DNA of 64,000 nt from a virus. Lineage: Duplodnaviria; Heunggongvirae; Uroviricota; Caudoviricetes. The DNA lies in IMG/VR virus record IMGVR_UViG_3300021399_000107, positions 29,173 through 93,172 of that record; one strand, written 5' to 3'. A program made the position numbers and the translations under genes. The notes under the pieces are model-generated. The model had not been told where the DNA came from, did not search any database, and worked only from the letters and a program-made list of their open reading frames with translations. The stretch's first letter is position 1; each line of letters opens with the position of its first letter. This document shows, one piece after another, positions 45,673-58,300 of the stretch.

Positions 45673-48600
45673 TTAATGAATATGTTCAACTCGATCCTCA
45701 GTTTCTTTTTGTTTGCCCCAATTAAATGCTTTTTTATATGAACCTGTTAAGTAGCCGGTGACTCTACGTAGCTGAGAAATATTATGGCTGCCGCACTGAG
45801 GACAAGTATCATTCATTTCATCTTGATAGCCACAATCTTCACACATATCTAATTTTACATTAACTGCAAAATAAGGTACATCATGATCCATAGCATAATT
45901 TACAATAGTTTCAAGTGCCTCTAAATTATTTTTTATACCAGTAGGCAATTCAACATAAGTAATACATCCTGCGCTTGAATATCCAGTTAACTGACTTTCA
46001 ATATCAATTTTATCAAATACGGAAATATCATGCCAGACTGGAACATGAATACTGTTAGTAAAATATTCACGATCGCTTACATTTTTAATTTTACCATATT
46101 TCTTTTGGAATTTTTTCATAGCGGTATAGCATAAATTTTCGGCCAATTCTACCCTCGATTTCTCAATATTTATTTAGGGTTTAGACTATATTATCATCTT
46201 ATTATTCTTTTACCAAATAATAAGAGCCTCGTCTTTCGGAATAATTCCTACTCTACTCGTTTATTCACATTAGTTTTTCTCTAATGTTATACTTTCGATA
46301 GTCGTTAGAGAACAAAACCATTAGTTTCATATTCAGAAAGATAGCGGAAATAATAACCGCATCTTGGTTTAGTTTTTACACCGTGGTTACATTGATTTAT
46401 AATTGCTGTTTTTGTAATATGTAATTGCTTTGATGCTTCACTAATTGAACCATATTTGTCAATTAGTTGTTTATCCATATTAAAAACGCACACATGAACT
46501 GATTGACTATCTTCCCAGCTTTTAGCATTAATTTGCAATCCGTCATCAAAAGCGGATTGAGTATTTTGTGAAACTGTTCCCCATTGTAAATTATTTACGT
46601 TAGGGTTTGCTTTATTATTATCCATATGCATTACCACAGGATAATTATTAGGATTAGGTAAATAAGACTCCGCTACTAAAATATGAACCCGTCTCTGTTT
46701 TTGTCCTTCTGGATATGTAATACCACAATATAAATATCCATTATATTTATTTATAAAATTAGCTTTTGGATACATCATATTATTACCATAATCTTTGTAT
46801 ATTTTACCGCTTGGAGTAATATAATCAGTTTCACTACCAACGATAAGCCGCAATTCTTCTATAATACTTTCTTTGGGAATTAGTTTATCTGTCATTTTTC
46901 TTTGTGCCATATCGAAGCACCTCCTTCTATATTATTAGTAGTAATGCTTCTATTGCACACAGGTAAAAACTGCTGTTCTAATAATTTTATCCTACGGGAT
47001 TACCATGCCAAATAATTGGTTTAGGCTTTCTTATCATCTTATTACGATTGCCCGTTTAACGAGGTAATTTTAACACATAATCACTTATGCGACTCCCAAT
47101 CCGAAAAGTTTAGGAGTATAATATACTCCAAAATTCAACTTATATTCCTTTTTAAACTCTGCGCATCTATCTTTAAATAATTGTTCAATGCGCTTAGCCA
47201 ATTCCATACCTTTATCAGTAGTATGATCACATCCAATTAGAATTTGGAGTGTTTCTGCTAAACCTAATTCGCCAATAGCTAAGGTGCCATGACGTAATGC
47301 AGAACGAATACCTTCTTCTGGATGGTAGCCAAGCATTGTACCGTTTTCGTACATAAATTTAGCTGATGCAGGAGACTGAGAACAAATCCATTCAAATCGT
47401 TCAAGGAGCATATCCTTTGCTTCGTGGATTTTTTTATCTAATAAAGTCATAAAATTCTCTACACGATCATCTTCTCCATAATCCATTATTATGTTAGTTG
47501 TAGTTTGTTCTTTCGCTTCCATAGCAAGTGTTGGCATAATAATTGTAACTGGACAAATATTGCCGCGACCATCTTTCATCTGTGGGTTAGTACCAGGTTC
47601 TGCATTTATATCTGCGAGATTAGCTGTTCTACAACCCATTGTTGACATAAAGGTACGTGGATCGTTTGGATCGTATCCTTGTGCATTGCTCCAATCAACG
47701 TTAACATAATTTGGATAAATACGTTTGGCAGTGGACTCTAGCGCTAGTTTAAACAAATCATAGTTTGGATCCCCTGGCTTACGATTTACACCTTTCATAC
47801 ATTGAAAAATTCCACAAGGGAATATTGGAGTTTTATGATATTTACCTACACCTTTAATAGAACCTTCAAGCAGCGCGCGAATTACCATACGACCTTCAGG
47901 GAGAGTGCAAGTTCCAAAATTTATTGATGTAAATGGTAGCTGATTCCCTGACCTACTTTGCAATGTATTTAAATTGTGGAAGAGTCCTTCTACTGCCTGT
48001 TGCAGCTCTCGTTCAGTCATATCAATCGCATATTTATAAGCTTTTGTTTCTTTTGCAGTTTGCACCAAAGGAAGCGCGTCTTCATTAATTGTTAAATTAT
48101 GATAAGGTTCAATAGGCATTTTAGAAATATCTACATTTAAGAAATAATGATTTTCATTGCCTTCTCCAAACCATTTTAATCCGTCTTTAAAATGCTTCCA
48201 AAAACTTTTTCTTACATAAGGCACCATAGTCCAATCCAAATGCGTGGCGCTAACGCCCCCAAATTGCATTAGAGATTGTAGCTGAAAAATAACTGCGACG
48301 AGTTGAAAAGCAGTATTAATTGAATTAGCTGGTCGCACGTCTGTTTGACGTGTAGTAAAGCCCTCAGCTAAGAGCTTATCAAAAGGAATACTTAAACAGT
48401 TGTGCATACCAACTGCGTATGCGCTGAGGTCATGAATGTAGATTTCATTATTTAAATGATTGTTACGCGACATTTTTGACATACAAAAATCAAGCGCATA
48501 ACGTTTCATCATTTCATCAGAGGCTTCACCAACTCGCCCACCAAAGGAATGTTCATCTACGTTTGCGTTTTGATTTTGAACATCATTTGCCATTAGTTTA

Positions 48601-48914
48601 GATTTAATCGAAGCAATAAAATCAGCATTAAATGATCTTGTAACTTCATGTTTATATCTATATCTTATATAACTGCGGGCTACTAAGAAATCATAAATAG
48701 CAAGCTGTTGTTCTACTAGATTCTGAATTTCTTCAACTGAAAAAATCTTATCAGTTTCATCAACTTTCGTTTGTATATATTCGGCAATTCTTTCAGCATA
48801 ATCTGGTACGCAATCATTGCCCGTAACGTCATAATATGCACCATAAATTGCGTTTATAATTTTTTGTTTATCAAAAGGAACTAGCATCCCATTACGTTTA
48901 ATAACTTGTTTCAT
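45673..48914 (-). CDS. nrdD: Class III (anaerobic) ribonucleotide reductase, split by 1 group I intron; spliced 757 aa
   Basis: Exons 48914-47112 and 46143-45673; join YYTP|AENLC; ATP cone (VIKRNG), HNC, TMGCR, CEDC...CPQC, RRVTGYL glycyl loop. Confidence 0.96.
46144..47111 (-). mobile_element. Group I intron 14 (nrdD) with HNH ORF, 968 nt
   Basis: P1 ACTCCT/GGGAGT; P10 CCGAAAA/TTTTCGG; CTCTAACGACTA, AATATAGTCT; terminal G at 46144. Confidence 0.92.
46305..46910 (-). CDS. Intron-encoded HNH endonuclease (201 aa)
   Basis: RRVHILVAESYLPNPNNYPVVMHMDNNKANPNVNNLQWGT; C-terminal NUMOD1-like; RBS GGAGGT. Confidence 0.9.
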   Translation of the reverse strand: MAQRKMTDKLIPKESIIEELRLIVGSETDYITPSGKIYKDYGNNMMYPKANFINKYNGYLYCGITYPEGQKQRRVHILVAESYLPNPNNYPVVMHMDNNKANPNVNNLQWGTVSQNTQSAFDDGLQINAKSWEDSQSVHVCVFNMDKQLIDKYGSISEASKQLHITKTAIINQCNHGVKTKPRCGYYFRYLSEYETNGFVL

Positions 48915-48924
48915 ATTATCACCA

Positions 48925-49134
48925 TTAAAAAATTTTCCCGCAAAAAGGACATTCATGTTCAAGACTATAATTCACCGTACCATCATTATGTGGACACTCA
49001 TGCTGTAAATTTATTAGTCTTGTATGCAAAAGTGTAATATTAGGATTAAGCTCCATGCGGCCCAGTGCCGCATTGAGCTCCTTTTCTAGCGAAATACGTT
49101 CGCTTCTAATTTCCTTTACTGTCATAATTGCCAT
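48925..49134 (-). CDS. Small hypothetical protein with C/H motifs (69 aa)
   Basis: ECPH...ECPFCG; sits between the 357-aa gene and nrdD. Confidence 0.55.
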   Translation of the reverse strand: MAIMTVKEIRSERISLEKELNAALGRMELNPNITLLHTRLINLQHECPHNDGTVNYSLEHECPFCGKIF

Positions 49135-50195
49135 CTTCCCTTCTTTTGAATAGAATTGTATGACTCTTGGAATAAATGTTTGGCTGTGGGCTGTCGCGCG
49201 AGCAACATATTCAGTTCTTCGCCAGCTAATGTAATCCCATTCTTTTTTGTCACTCGCTCCAATATCGTCCTATCTTTATTCTTTAAATAAGACCAAGTTT
49301 CTAGCAGGTGCGAAAGATTTATCAGAGGATTAATTTTACCCAGAAAAGGTTCTATAACACGTAGCTTTATCAGAATACCACAGCTCCAAAAAGAATACAG
49401 AAGATTTAGTTTGTAAATTAAATCTTGACAATATTCATGCCGTGTAGGCAAGTTCCCGCCAATAGGTAGGAAGACATTGGAAGAAGAGTTAATATCCGCT
49501 AGAAATAAGTTTTTATACTGCTTAAACATATATGCAACTTCATTTAACGGAATATTAATGTCAAGAATAATATCATTGGAGCGCGCTATTCTAGGATAAG
49601 CGCGCACTTGAAAATACTCGGAGAGCTTGTGACATACTATTGGATGGATACGTACAATAGATGCTACATTACGTTCCGTAGCCTTTTCTACCATTTCTTC
49701 CCAGTCATCATAAAAAAAGTCACGATCATAAAGAATTAGTCGCTTGTGCGGCTGAATGGCTGGCATCGGCAACCGATGAGCGCCAGCATAATGCCTGTAA
49801 TAGGTATCATCTAGCACATGAGAAATGACGTTCGGCTTAATTCCGTCATCATATTTCTGTTTTAAAAACTCCTTATAGATATTTGGCTTTGGCAAAGTAG
49901 AATCAATAATAGAATTTTCAAAAGGAACATATTGACGTCGAGTAAAGGCTGAGCCGCCATAAATAACATTTGGATGCTTTAAAAATGCTTCTGGTATGGG
50001 CGGCGGATTATCTTGTTCACTGAAAAAATAGATAACATCATTGCTCGCCAAATCTACGGCATCCAAGGATAGAAGACGGCAAAATTGCCGTTCCTCCATC
50101 CTGTAATAAGTAGCCAATTTCATGATTTCCAAATTGGGTACGAGTTTTGTTGTGCTAGTTGAAACGCACCAGTCATAATCAACTAATCCAATCAA
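49122..50195 (-). CDS. Hypothetical protein with N-terminus resembling phage radical-SAM-associated proteins; no CxxxCxxC (357 aa)
   Basis: MIGLVDYD...PNLEIMKLATYY...YGGS pattern; overlaps dnaE stop. Confidence 0.5.
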   Translation of the reverse strand: MIGLVDYDWCVSTSTTKLVPNLEIMKLATYYRMEERQFCRLLSLDAVDLASNDVIYFFSEQDNPPPIPEAFLKHPNVIYGGSAFTRRQYVPFENSIIDSTLPKPNIYKEFLKQKYDDGIKPNVISHVLDDTYYRHYAGAHRLPMPAIQPHKRLILYDRDFFYDDWEEMVEKATERNVASIVRIHPIVCHKLSEYFQVRAYPRIARSNDIILDINIPLNEVAYMFKQYKNLFLADINSSSNVFLPIGGNLPTRHEYCQDLIYKLNLLYSFWSCGILIKLRVIEPFLGKINPLINLSHLLETWSYLKNKDRTILERVTKKNGITLAGEELNMLLARQPTAKHLFQESYNSIQKKGRWQL

Positions 50196-53100
50196 TTCTC
50201 ATCATCTCCCAATCTTTCATATTGGAACGTTAAGTTACCCTGTTCATCTATGCTGGTAATCTTAGAAATTATCGGCAACGTAGACGAACTTCGCTTCTTT
50301 GGTATAAAAGTGTTTTCACGTCTTATACCTTGAATCATGAGTTTGTTACCACGCGTTAACCAACTCTTTTCCAGAACATGCTTCTTACCATCTTCGCCAA
50401 TTTGTGAAATTTGCTTATCATACATGGCGAATTGGTTCTTATAGATTTTTACTGTAACTACACCAGTTGGCGTTAGTAGCGTTACGGTATTATGAATCTT
50501 ATCTTTATCAATTACTGTGCCAATAATTTGATGAAGACGCCAAATTTTTACTTCATATCCTTTATCAGTAATAATACTACGTTCCAATTCTGGCGTTTCG
50601 GGCAGGAGATAAAAATCATCATACTTGCGCGCCGCCTTGGCTAGTTCATGCGTGTGGTAATAGAAACTAATTGAATCCATTTCCCACTTACTAATCGTAC
50701 CTTCTGTATACTTTTCAGCAACTTCATCATATAATGATTGATTCAGTGCCGCAAGCATGGTATCCTGATGCTCCTTTAGGTAGGCGCGCATGGGTTCCAT
50801 AGCTTTCTTATAAAAGTTATCCCATGTTTTTTGCAGAATTTTGTCTCCATCTTCTGTCATATTAGCATCAAAATGAGACGCGATAAAGTCAAAAGCGGCC
50901 GCATTGAGTTGATAATAAACCCCATTCTTTTGCGTCTTTAAGAACTTATTGAATAAGAAGAGCTTCTTATATTCAATCATTTCATCAGGAATGAGATTTT
51001 TATCAATAAGCATCTGCATATTTTGTAAGGTTAGGCGCGTTTTCTTATCGGCGATAGACTCCAAATAGTCGTGCATAATTTCTTCTCGCGGCTTATTTTC
51101 AACGTGATCAAACGCCCCTGACTTAATTAGGTTTAGGGTTTGTAGCTTATTCGTTTGATTCTTTGCGAGAAAATCATTTAGTGACGTATAAGGACGATTG
51201 TCAATGATTTGATGGATTAGTGCTACCGGGATACGAGTGATACCTCGTAGGCCATAAATAATCACGTTGTTCTTTGCATCCGGTACAAAAGTAAAGCTAG
51301 ATTGATTGATGTCTGGCGGCATTACGGTGATGCCGCGATTCTGGAAATTACCAATCGCTGACGCAATTTTTCCATAATCTGTATTCTTCGTCTTTACTTT
51401 CTTGCGGCCTTCCTCTTCATCGCTTTCATCCTCATCGGTTATTGTTTCTTCATCATTATCTTGATACTCATCTCCACCGCTATTGGTAATAAGACAAGCA
51501 GTGTTCCAATAGATAATGGGATAGTAGGTGGTAAGAACAAGAATCTGGATTGCAATAAAACTGTAAGCAAGTGCGTGCGTTTAGATTCTAAACTGACTAT
51601 TTCTTACGGGTCATTATTTTGAAGTGCCACTTCAACACCCGCACACCGTTTCGAGCAACGTATCAATAATTGCTCTACTCTCCCTCTAACAGGAGATAGT
51701 CGATACAACTTTTATTCAAAACTTTTTGAATCTTTGTCACGAGATTTTACCCTCGTTAGCTATATACTACCTTATCTGGCTAGGATTTAGGCATACTTGT
51801 ATATAACCCCATTGATGAAATGGTTAGGTGTGTAAGCCCCATCACAAGGCTCTGCAAAAGCATATGATAGCTGCGGTTCTATTGCACTAAACCAAACATA
51901 TTCTCCAAATTCTTTACGCGGACATTGAGAAACGAATCTTTCTTTTAGTTCAGGAATTTTATTAATCAATTTTTTGGAGCACACCTTACGCGCAGCATTA
52001 GCTTCTGCCAGAGTGAAATGCGCGATGTGCTCATCCATACACAATAGCATCAACTTTTCCTGCGTAGTTGGTACTCCCGATACAGGAAGGTAATACGGTT
52101 CTAGAACCTTAATCTCCTCATCCGTCAAACCCCAACTTCTACATTCCTGATACCAAAGTTGCATATCGTTCTTGAAGCGAACATATTTTTCAATCGGTCT
52201 TTCTTGACCAGGTTCGCCCGCAAGACGCGTAAGCGCGTTTGCCATCATTAATTGAAGTGGATTGCGTGGTAAAATTGATTGAATGGCTTGGCCGCCAACC
52301 TGCGAATCAAATTGAAACAAATCGACAACTTGACGACTAGCAAGAGTATCCCAAATCTTGTCATCTTCAATATTTAAAACATCAGGATGCAAATACCGAT
52401 TATAAATGTCACGAAGATTCGTACATTCACTAAAATACCCATCATTGCGAAGAAGCGTAATTGCGTTAATGAGTTTATCACAAATTTCCGTGACTAGGAA
52501 ATCAAATTTCGTGTCCAGTGATTCCATTGTTTCCAATGGCCTTGACTATCTCTTACTCTCATAGTGAGAGAACACCATTTCGAACCGCGTATCAATAGCG
52601 GCCCTACTTCCCTTCGCGGGAATAGTCGATACACACATACTACTAATTAGTATTTGGCTCGGGATTACCATATTTAAAAACTTAGGTTTCCCCGATAGCT
52701 ATTTATTATCTAAATAACCCCGCTGATAAACGGTTAGATGTTAGGCGGCAATGTCACTTACCGCATGCTTCAGCCGCATGTAGCGAAAACTGCGTAGTCA
52801 AATCGCCATTCGGGCTCCTCATTACTGCATCGCTATTCCAAGGATCGTCATTATAAAGAATAACACCAGATGCGTGCTGGCTCCTTTTATTTACAATTCC
52901 TTCAATACCAAATGCAATATCCAAGAGACCCGGATACTTATTCATTTCATCAATGAACTGTTGCGATGGCTGTCTGCCTTTTTCTTCATTACCATAAATC
53001 ATATCATGAAGCGGCCACAAAAAACCTCGCTCCTGAGGAATAAGACTTGCAATATACTGCGCCGTATCGTTATCAATACCGTCAGGAAAATCGTCCGAAC

Positions 53101-54840
53101 GATAACCACGACAAGCCGCAAGAATACCACTCTTCGTTCCTTCGGTGCCAAAAGTTGCAACTTGCAGCACGCGAAGTTCGCCACGCTCTTCTCGAATCTT
53201 TTTAAGAATCAGAGGACGCTTCGATGGTGCAAGGTCGATATCAATATCCTTATTACTACCTTTAATTTCTTAAAGGAATAGACTATCTCTTCACATTACG
53301 TGACTGGCGCTACGAAATGGTGCTTATCTCCATTTCTCTCGACGAAAGTCATTTAGTCGTTACACCTTTTTTCTTGGCACGGTATTGTCTTGCTCTTTCA
53401 AGTTTAGATTTCCACCGTTAGCACGCTTGCGCGCACACCGTTAAGCAACGTTCACCAGTTTTTACTTGCCCAATATTGTTTAGGCAACTCAATTCTTTCC
53501 TTATTCAGAAAACGCCAATAATTTAGAGTCCATTTTACCGGGTCTAGCTGTGTAATTCCGAGTAACATATTCGATAAGAAACAAACGCTACTGCCGCGAC
53601 CTGGCCCGACAATGCTTCCGCACTCCCAAAACAGATTGATGAAATGGTGAAATGTATTGAAATACTCGAAAAGACAAACATCCCACTTCGTTCCAATTGT
53701 TTGAATAACATCGGCTTCGGTTTCAAGTCTTTTCACATATTTCACGTCAGTATTGAAACCGCGTCTTACCATTTCAGCCCAACATTCATTGATCCAATAG
53801 CGCTCCTGCACGTTTTCCGACATAAACAATGAATGAAGAACAGGATATTCACTAAGCGTATCTTTTTGCGGCCAAACCTTTACATCAACGTGAGGAATGA
53901 TAGGATTATGAAAGATTTCATATGACTGAATCTTATCATAAATTTCCATTGAATTGGCACACATTTGCGCGCAAAGTTCATCATCATAACCTGCTTCAAA
54001 AAGATAACCAAACGCTTCATTATTGTCCATTAGGTGCGAAAATTCATAAAAAGAGTCAACTTCACGCTCACCCTCCTTTGAATTTAGATATGCCTTATGA
54101 ACAAATCGGTCGCTCTTCTTTAAATAATGAGCATCTACACCATAAATCATCTTGATGCCAAAATGGCGCGCAATAGATACTACTCGTTTATTATAATAAA
54201 CTTGTTCCTTACTAAGGCCAGGCGCAACTTCAATATAAAAGTCAGAACCAAAAAGCGAGAGACAAAATTCAAGAAAACGATTAACATTATTGCGGCACTG
54301 CGCAATCATCTCTTCATCTTTACGATTCTCGGCTTGCTGCAACGCTAAAATATTTGATTGCAGTTCGCCCGCAAGACACGCATTTGTGGCGATTAAATGA
54401 CCGGGATTTTCGCGCACAATAGTTTCCAGTTCTTTCTTTAACGTTGGCACTCGTTCCATACCACGATCATAATAAGAATTATACCAACTTTGAGAAGAAA
54501 GCTTGCACAGCTGACGAAAACCAATTGTGTCTTTTGCAATCAGAATAAAGTGATAATAGGATTGCTTTTGTGCGCGTTCATTCACCAGATAGATTTCATT
54601 GCCAAGGCCGCATTTAAAATCCTTTGGAATAATCTCTTTTTCTTTTAATTCTTTTTCAAATTGTAGCCATTCCACGGCTCCGCTCAGACATTCATGATCT
54701 GTCAAACAAATGCCTTTTAGATTCAATTCTGCGGCCGTCGTAATCATATCACGCGGCCGACAGATAGAATCAAGAAGTCTGAGATTGCTATAAAATGAGT
54801 GCGCATGAGTTTCCATTCGAGGAATATCATTATAATTCAC
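50192..54840 (-). CDS. dnaE: DNA polymerase III alpha subunit (family C), split by 3 group I introns; spliced 1300 aa
   Basis: Exons 54840-53482, 53248-52760, 52515-51847, 51577-50192. Joins ERIELP|DIDID (catalytic Asps), EACG|DTKFDFL, YAFAEP|HALAYS. PHP motifs HAHS, TDH, GNEIY, DAHY; GPGRGSS; HASGV. Confidence 0.96.
51578..51846 (-). ncRNA. Group I intron 17 (dnaE-I3), ORF-less, 269 nt
   Basis: P1 AGCCT/GGGCT; P10 CACG/TGTG; CTAACGAGG, AATCTCGTG, GTATCGACTAT, AAATAGTCA. Confidence 0.92.
52516..52759 (-). ncRNA. Group I intron 16 (dnaE-I2), ORF-less, 244 nt
   Basis: P1 GCGGT/GCCGC; CTATCGGGG, AATCCCGAG, GTATCGACTAT, AGATAGTCA; terminal G. Confidence 0.92.
53249..53481 (-). ncRNA. Group I intron 15 (dnaE-I1), ORF-less, 233 nt
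   Basis: P1 TTGCCT/GGGCAA; P10 GATATTG/CAATATT; CTAACGGTG, AATACCGTG, GTAACGACTA, AGATAGTCT. Confidence 0.92.
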
Positions 54841-54863
54841 TCAACCCCTCCTTTTCTACAACT

Positions 54864-54892
54864 ATTATAACTCAATTTTACTAAAAAGTCAA
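54864..54892 (-). promoter_or_regulatory. Sigma70/SigA-type promoter for dnaE operon
   Basis: TTGACT-N17-TATAAT; RBS AGGAGG downstream. Confidence 0.85.
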
Positions 54893-54893
54893 A

Positions 54894-57170
54894 TTAAAAT
54901 TCGTACTTGCTATTATCTGAATGAAGGTCATAATCATCAATAAAGAGTTGGAGACTTTCGCGCCCATTAAATTCATTGAGATTTACGCGCCCATAGACAT
55001 CAAGACGTTTGAGCCGATTAGACATAATTTCATTGACAAAGTTTTCATCCTTAAAATGGACATAATCAATACCATTATAAGAAATTTTTAGGCTATCTTT
55101 GTTTGCGCCCATTGCCATGACATTTGCCAATTCAATGTCCTTGACAACAATTTTTATTTCATCAATATGATTACCGAAATATTCAGGATGAGCCGCAAGA
55201 GTGTAAATAAGTTTGGTGTTATCTTGACGTCCATCAAGAATATAGTCAACAATATAACAATTTTCAAAATCGGCGGCATTGAGTTGCTCATTACCATATT
55301 TTAGCAAAGCATCTAGATTTTTTTCGTTAACTCCAAATCCGGCTGCTGTATCATGCAGTTTGCCCAACTTGTTTCCAAGTGGCTAGACTATTTCTTACTT
55401 CTTATGATTAAGAAGAACACCCTTTTCAAACTATGTATCAATAATAGTTTTACTCTACAATTTGTAGATAGTCGTTACAGGTTTAAACGTAATACGCTTT
55501 TTTCCCACGAGATTCCCATATTTTCACTTAGGGTTCCTCGTTAGCCATTTTCATGACCCCAGTGATTACTGGTAAAGGTGTTATGGGCCATAATGTTAAC
55601 CCGCTACATACTCCATAATGCCGCTTTGTTCCAAGAACGTCTTAAAACTAGGCAAGCCGCCAAAATTACTATCGCTTCTAATGCTTCCTTGTATATCATT
55701 TTTGCTATTTCTGCGACCAATCATACAAGGACGATGATACTTATTGACTACGCCCATTGCAATTAGGCCAGTCATCTCTTGCGGGATGTCGCTATTGCGA
55801 TCTAGCTCAATAAATAAAATATTATTGGCGGCTAGGTCGTTTTTTTGAATTAGAAAATCAATGTATTCTAAAGCCTTATCACGAATACGATTCTGTTTGC
55901 TTTTTGCGTTGGCGCCTACGCGCGCCGTTTGTTCAGCGGCAGTTTCTGTCTCTCCAGGTTTAGCGCCTCTTTTTGTGCTAGGAACCTCACGATCAGGCTC
56001 GATAAAGCAATAGAATAGTGTGCGCTTATCCTCAAGTGTGCCAACACGAATAATGGCATTGATGAGTGGAGCAATATAGAAGGCTACGTCAATTGGCGTA
56101 AGACCGCAATAAGGGTAAACGGCTTTTTGCTTTAAAGAAAAGGATTGTGATTCAATTAGTGTCTTCAATCCTTTATTCCGTACGTTACGTAGTCCTTCGG
56201 TCATAATATAGTTTGTTTCTGTATTGGTTCTATCCATTACATCTGCGATTTCTCCAAGGGCGGCTAAATCAAGATACTCTTGGGCCTTATGGATTTTAAG
56301 AATATCATCCAATACTTCACAAAATTTATAAACCACGCCAGCTCCACATAGCGTCTTGTTGGCATAATTAGGTGATAGCTGATTGTTGACGATAATGGTG
56401 TTAGCTGCTGTAGACACTACTGGATTACCGCCATTATCATAAAGTTGACTGTGGTGATCTAGGACAATAACATCGCATCCTATTGCGCCTAAACGCTTAT
56501 GCTCGTCAACATCAAATGACCCCGCATCAGGCACTAGAACTAAATCGTAACTGGCATCTTCTTCTAGCCAGTCAATTTTGTCATTTAAGCCGTGCTGCTT
56601 ATGGTCATGTACAACAAAACTTAGTTGCACATCTGGAAACAAATCTTTTATATATAGCCAAAGTATTGAAGAAGAAGTTACTCCATCTACATCACACATT
56701 AAATACCCCGATTTTCATCGTATTTATAGTTATTGGGATTAGACTATACAATACACTATTACATGTTTGATATTATAGTCGTTGAACGTTCTTCCAGAAG
56801 GAAGCTTCGCTGCGTTTGATTGCCCAATCCTTTATGATTTTACTATACCAAAGCCGTTACTCTTCGCCACATCCATATTACTATAAATGTTTAGTTATAA
56901 AGGTTATAAGGGTGTCCCCGCAATTTAATCAATTTAGAGTGGACTATGATGTAATTAATCCACGATACAACAAATTTTGCTATTTTTTTGTAGATGCTCT
57001 AAGAGACGATACGCAGCCTTTTCTATATTCTCCAAATTATATGGATTTAATTCACATGCGGCTGATGGATGTATAAAATCATCAAAATCAGTAACGCCCC
57101 TGTCCTCTAATATTTCTTGTAGTGCATAACTTGGGTCTTGTGTAAATTGTTTCTTAACCTTATATTTCAT
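54894..57170 (-). CDS. recJ: RecJ-like ssDNA exonuclease (DHH/DHHA1), split by 2 group I introns; spliced 590 aa
   Basis: Exons 57170-56958, 56696-55599, 55355-54894; joins IVD|CDVDG and YVAG|HDTAAG; LDHH, LGEIAD, GSIRS. Confidence 0.93.
55356..55598 (-). ncRNA. Group I intron 19 (recJ-I2), ORF-less, 243 nt
   Basis: P1 GGGT/GCCC; P10 CATGA/TTATG; CTAACGAGG, AATCTCGTG, GTAACGACTAT, AAATAGTCT. Confidence 0.92.
56697..56957 (-). ncRNA. Group I intron 18 (recJ-I1), ORF-less, 261 nt
   Basis: P1 GTGGAT/GTCCAC; P10 TGTGATGTA/TACATCATA; AATTGCGGGGA, TTCAACGACTA, GTATAGTCT. Confidence 0.92.
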
Positions 57171-57175
57171 ATTTC

Positions 57176-58300
57176 CTACCTTACCTTTACTCTGTGTTTA
57201 TATAAATATTCAAAAATTTCTTTACCTCTATCATAGGGTGAATCTTTTTCGTTCAAAAGATTATCGTAATCCCATATATATGAAAAACTAGCTTTATAAC
57301 GATGGGGCAAACATAGTGTTTCCAACTTTTTGCGATAAGCCTGCGCTTTATCATTATGCCCGCTCTGATATTCCTTATCCAGCGCCACAATGATTTCATT
57401 TGCGCCCAAAACATCAGTCAAAAGGCTAATTTGATATTTATTAAAAAAGGAGCCGCAACATGCAACAGCTACGCCCCAATCATTGTAAAAGGTGTGATCT
57501 AGCATAACCGACTTTTCAGATTCTACAATTATAGCTACATGTCGCTTTTGAATTGCGGCCTTATGCCAATTTAGACCATATAAATTATGCTGTAATTGAT
57601 GTGTATATAATTTATTGCCTATCTGAATAGGATGATATTTACCATAAGTTTGTATGTCCTCGGGATTTAGAAGTCTGCCACGAATACCAATAAGGCGCTC
57701 GTTTATATCATAGTGAGGAATAATGATGGTATTTCTTAGCGGCCAAAATTTAATATGAAAAGCCGTCATGGTTTCATCCGAAATACCTTCTTTTTTCCAT
57801 GATGGATGATGGTAGTCAGAGAAACAATCTAGAACGGTTGAAGAATACTCGGTTAGCGGCTGAGCCGCATCATGGAACAAATATTTTTCTTTTTCTTCAT
57901 CAAAGGATTCCGTTCTATTTGCTTGCGGCACAAATACGTTGCCGCTCATGAATTGCTTAACGTATTCTAAAGCATCTTCTGAACTAACATCATAGTAATT
58001 TAAGTGCATGAAACGTTTATAGAGTTCAAAAATTGACATTGCTTCATTACATTCTGTAAAGCAGCGAAAGCAGTGATGATTTTGATACCAATAAAGTTTC
58101 ATACTAGCTTCTTCTTCCAAAGAATTATGACAGATGGTTGGACAAATGAGATAACCGCGCGATTGGTTTTCTTCTATTTGTTCCACACCCAAGCTTTCCA
58201 GAAATCTCTTTACGTCATCCAATGATAACGATTGCGCGATTTCTGAAGGCGAAAGAAAATCAATTTCAAATGAATTATCGCCAAAAAGATTAGATTCCAA
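57176..58300 (-). CDS. DNA primase (DnaG-like, Zn-binding plus TOPRIM) (374 aa)
   Basis: CPTICH...CFTEC Zn site; IIPHYD...IGIRGR; IIVESEKSV; IVALD..Y; KDSP; downstream of helicase. Confidence 0.85.
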   Translation of the reverse strand: MESNLFGDNSFEIDFLSPSEIAQSLSLDDVKRFLESLGVEQIEENQSRGYLICPTICHNSLEEEASMKLYWYQNHHCFRCFTECNEAMSIFELYKRFMHLNYYDVSSEDALEYVKQFMSGNVFVPQANRTESFDEEKEKYLFHDAAQPLTEYSSTVLDCFSDYHHPSWKKEGISDETMTAFHIKFWPLRNTIIIPHYDINERLIGIRGRLLNPEDIQTYGKYHPIQIGNKLYTHQLQHNLYGLNWHKAAIQKRHVAIIVESEKSVMLDHTFYNDWGVAVACCGSFFNKYQISLLTDVLGANEIIVALDKEYQSGHNDKAQAYRKKLETLCLPHRYKASFSYIWDYDNLLNEKDSPYDRGKEIFEYLYKHRVKVR

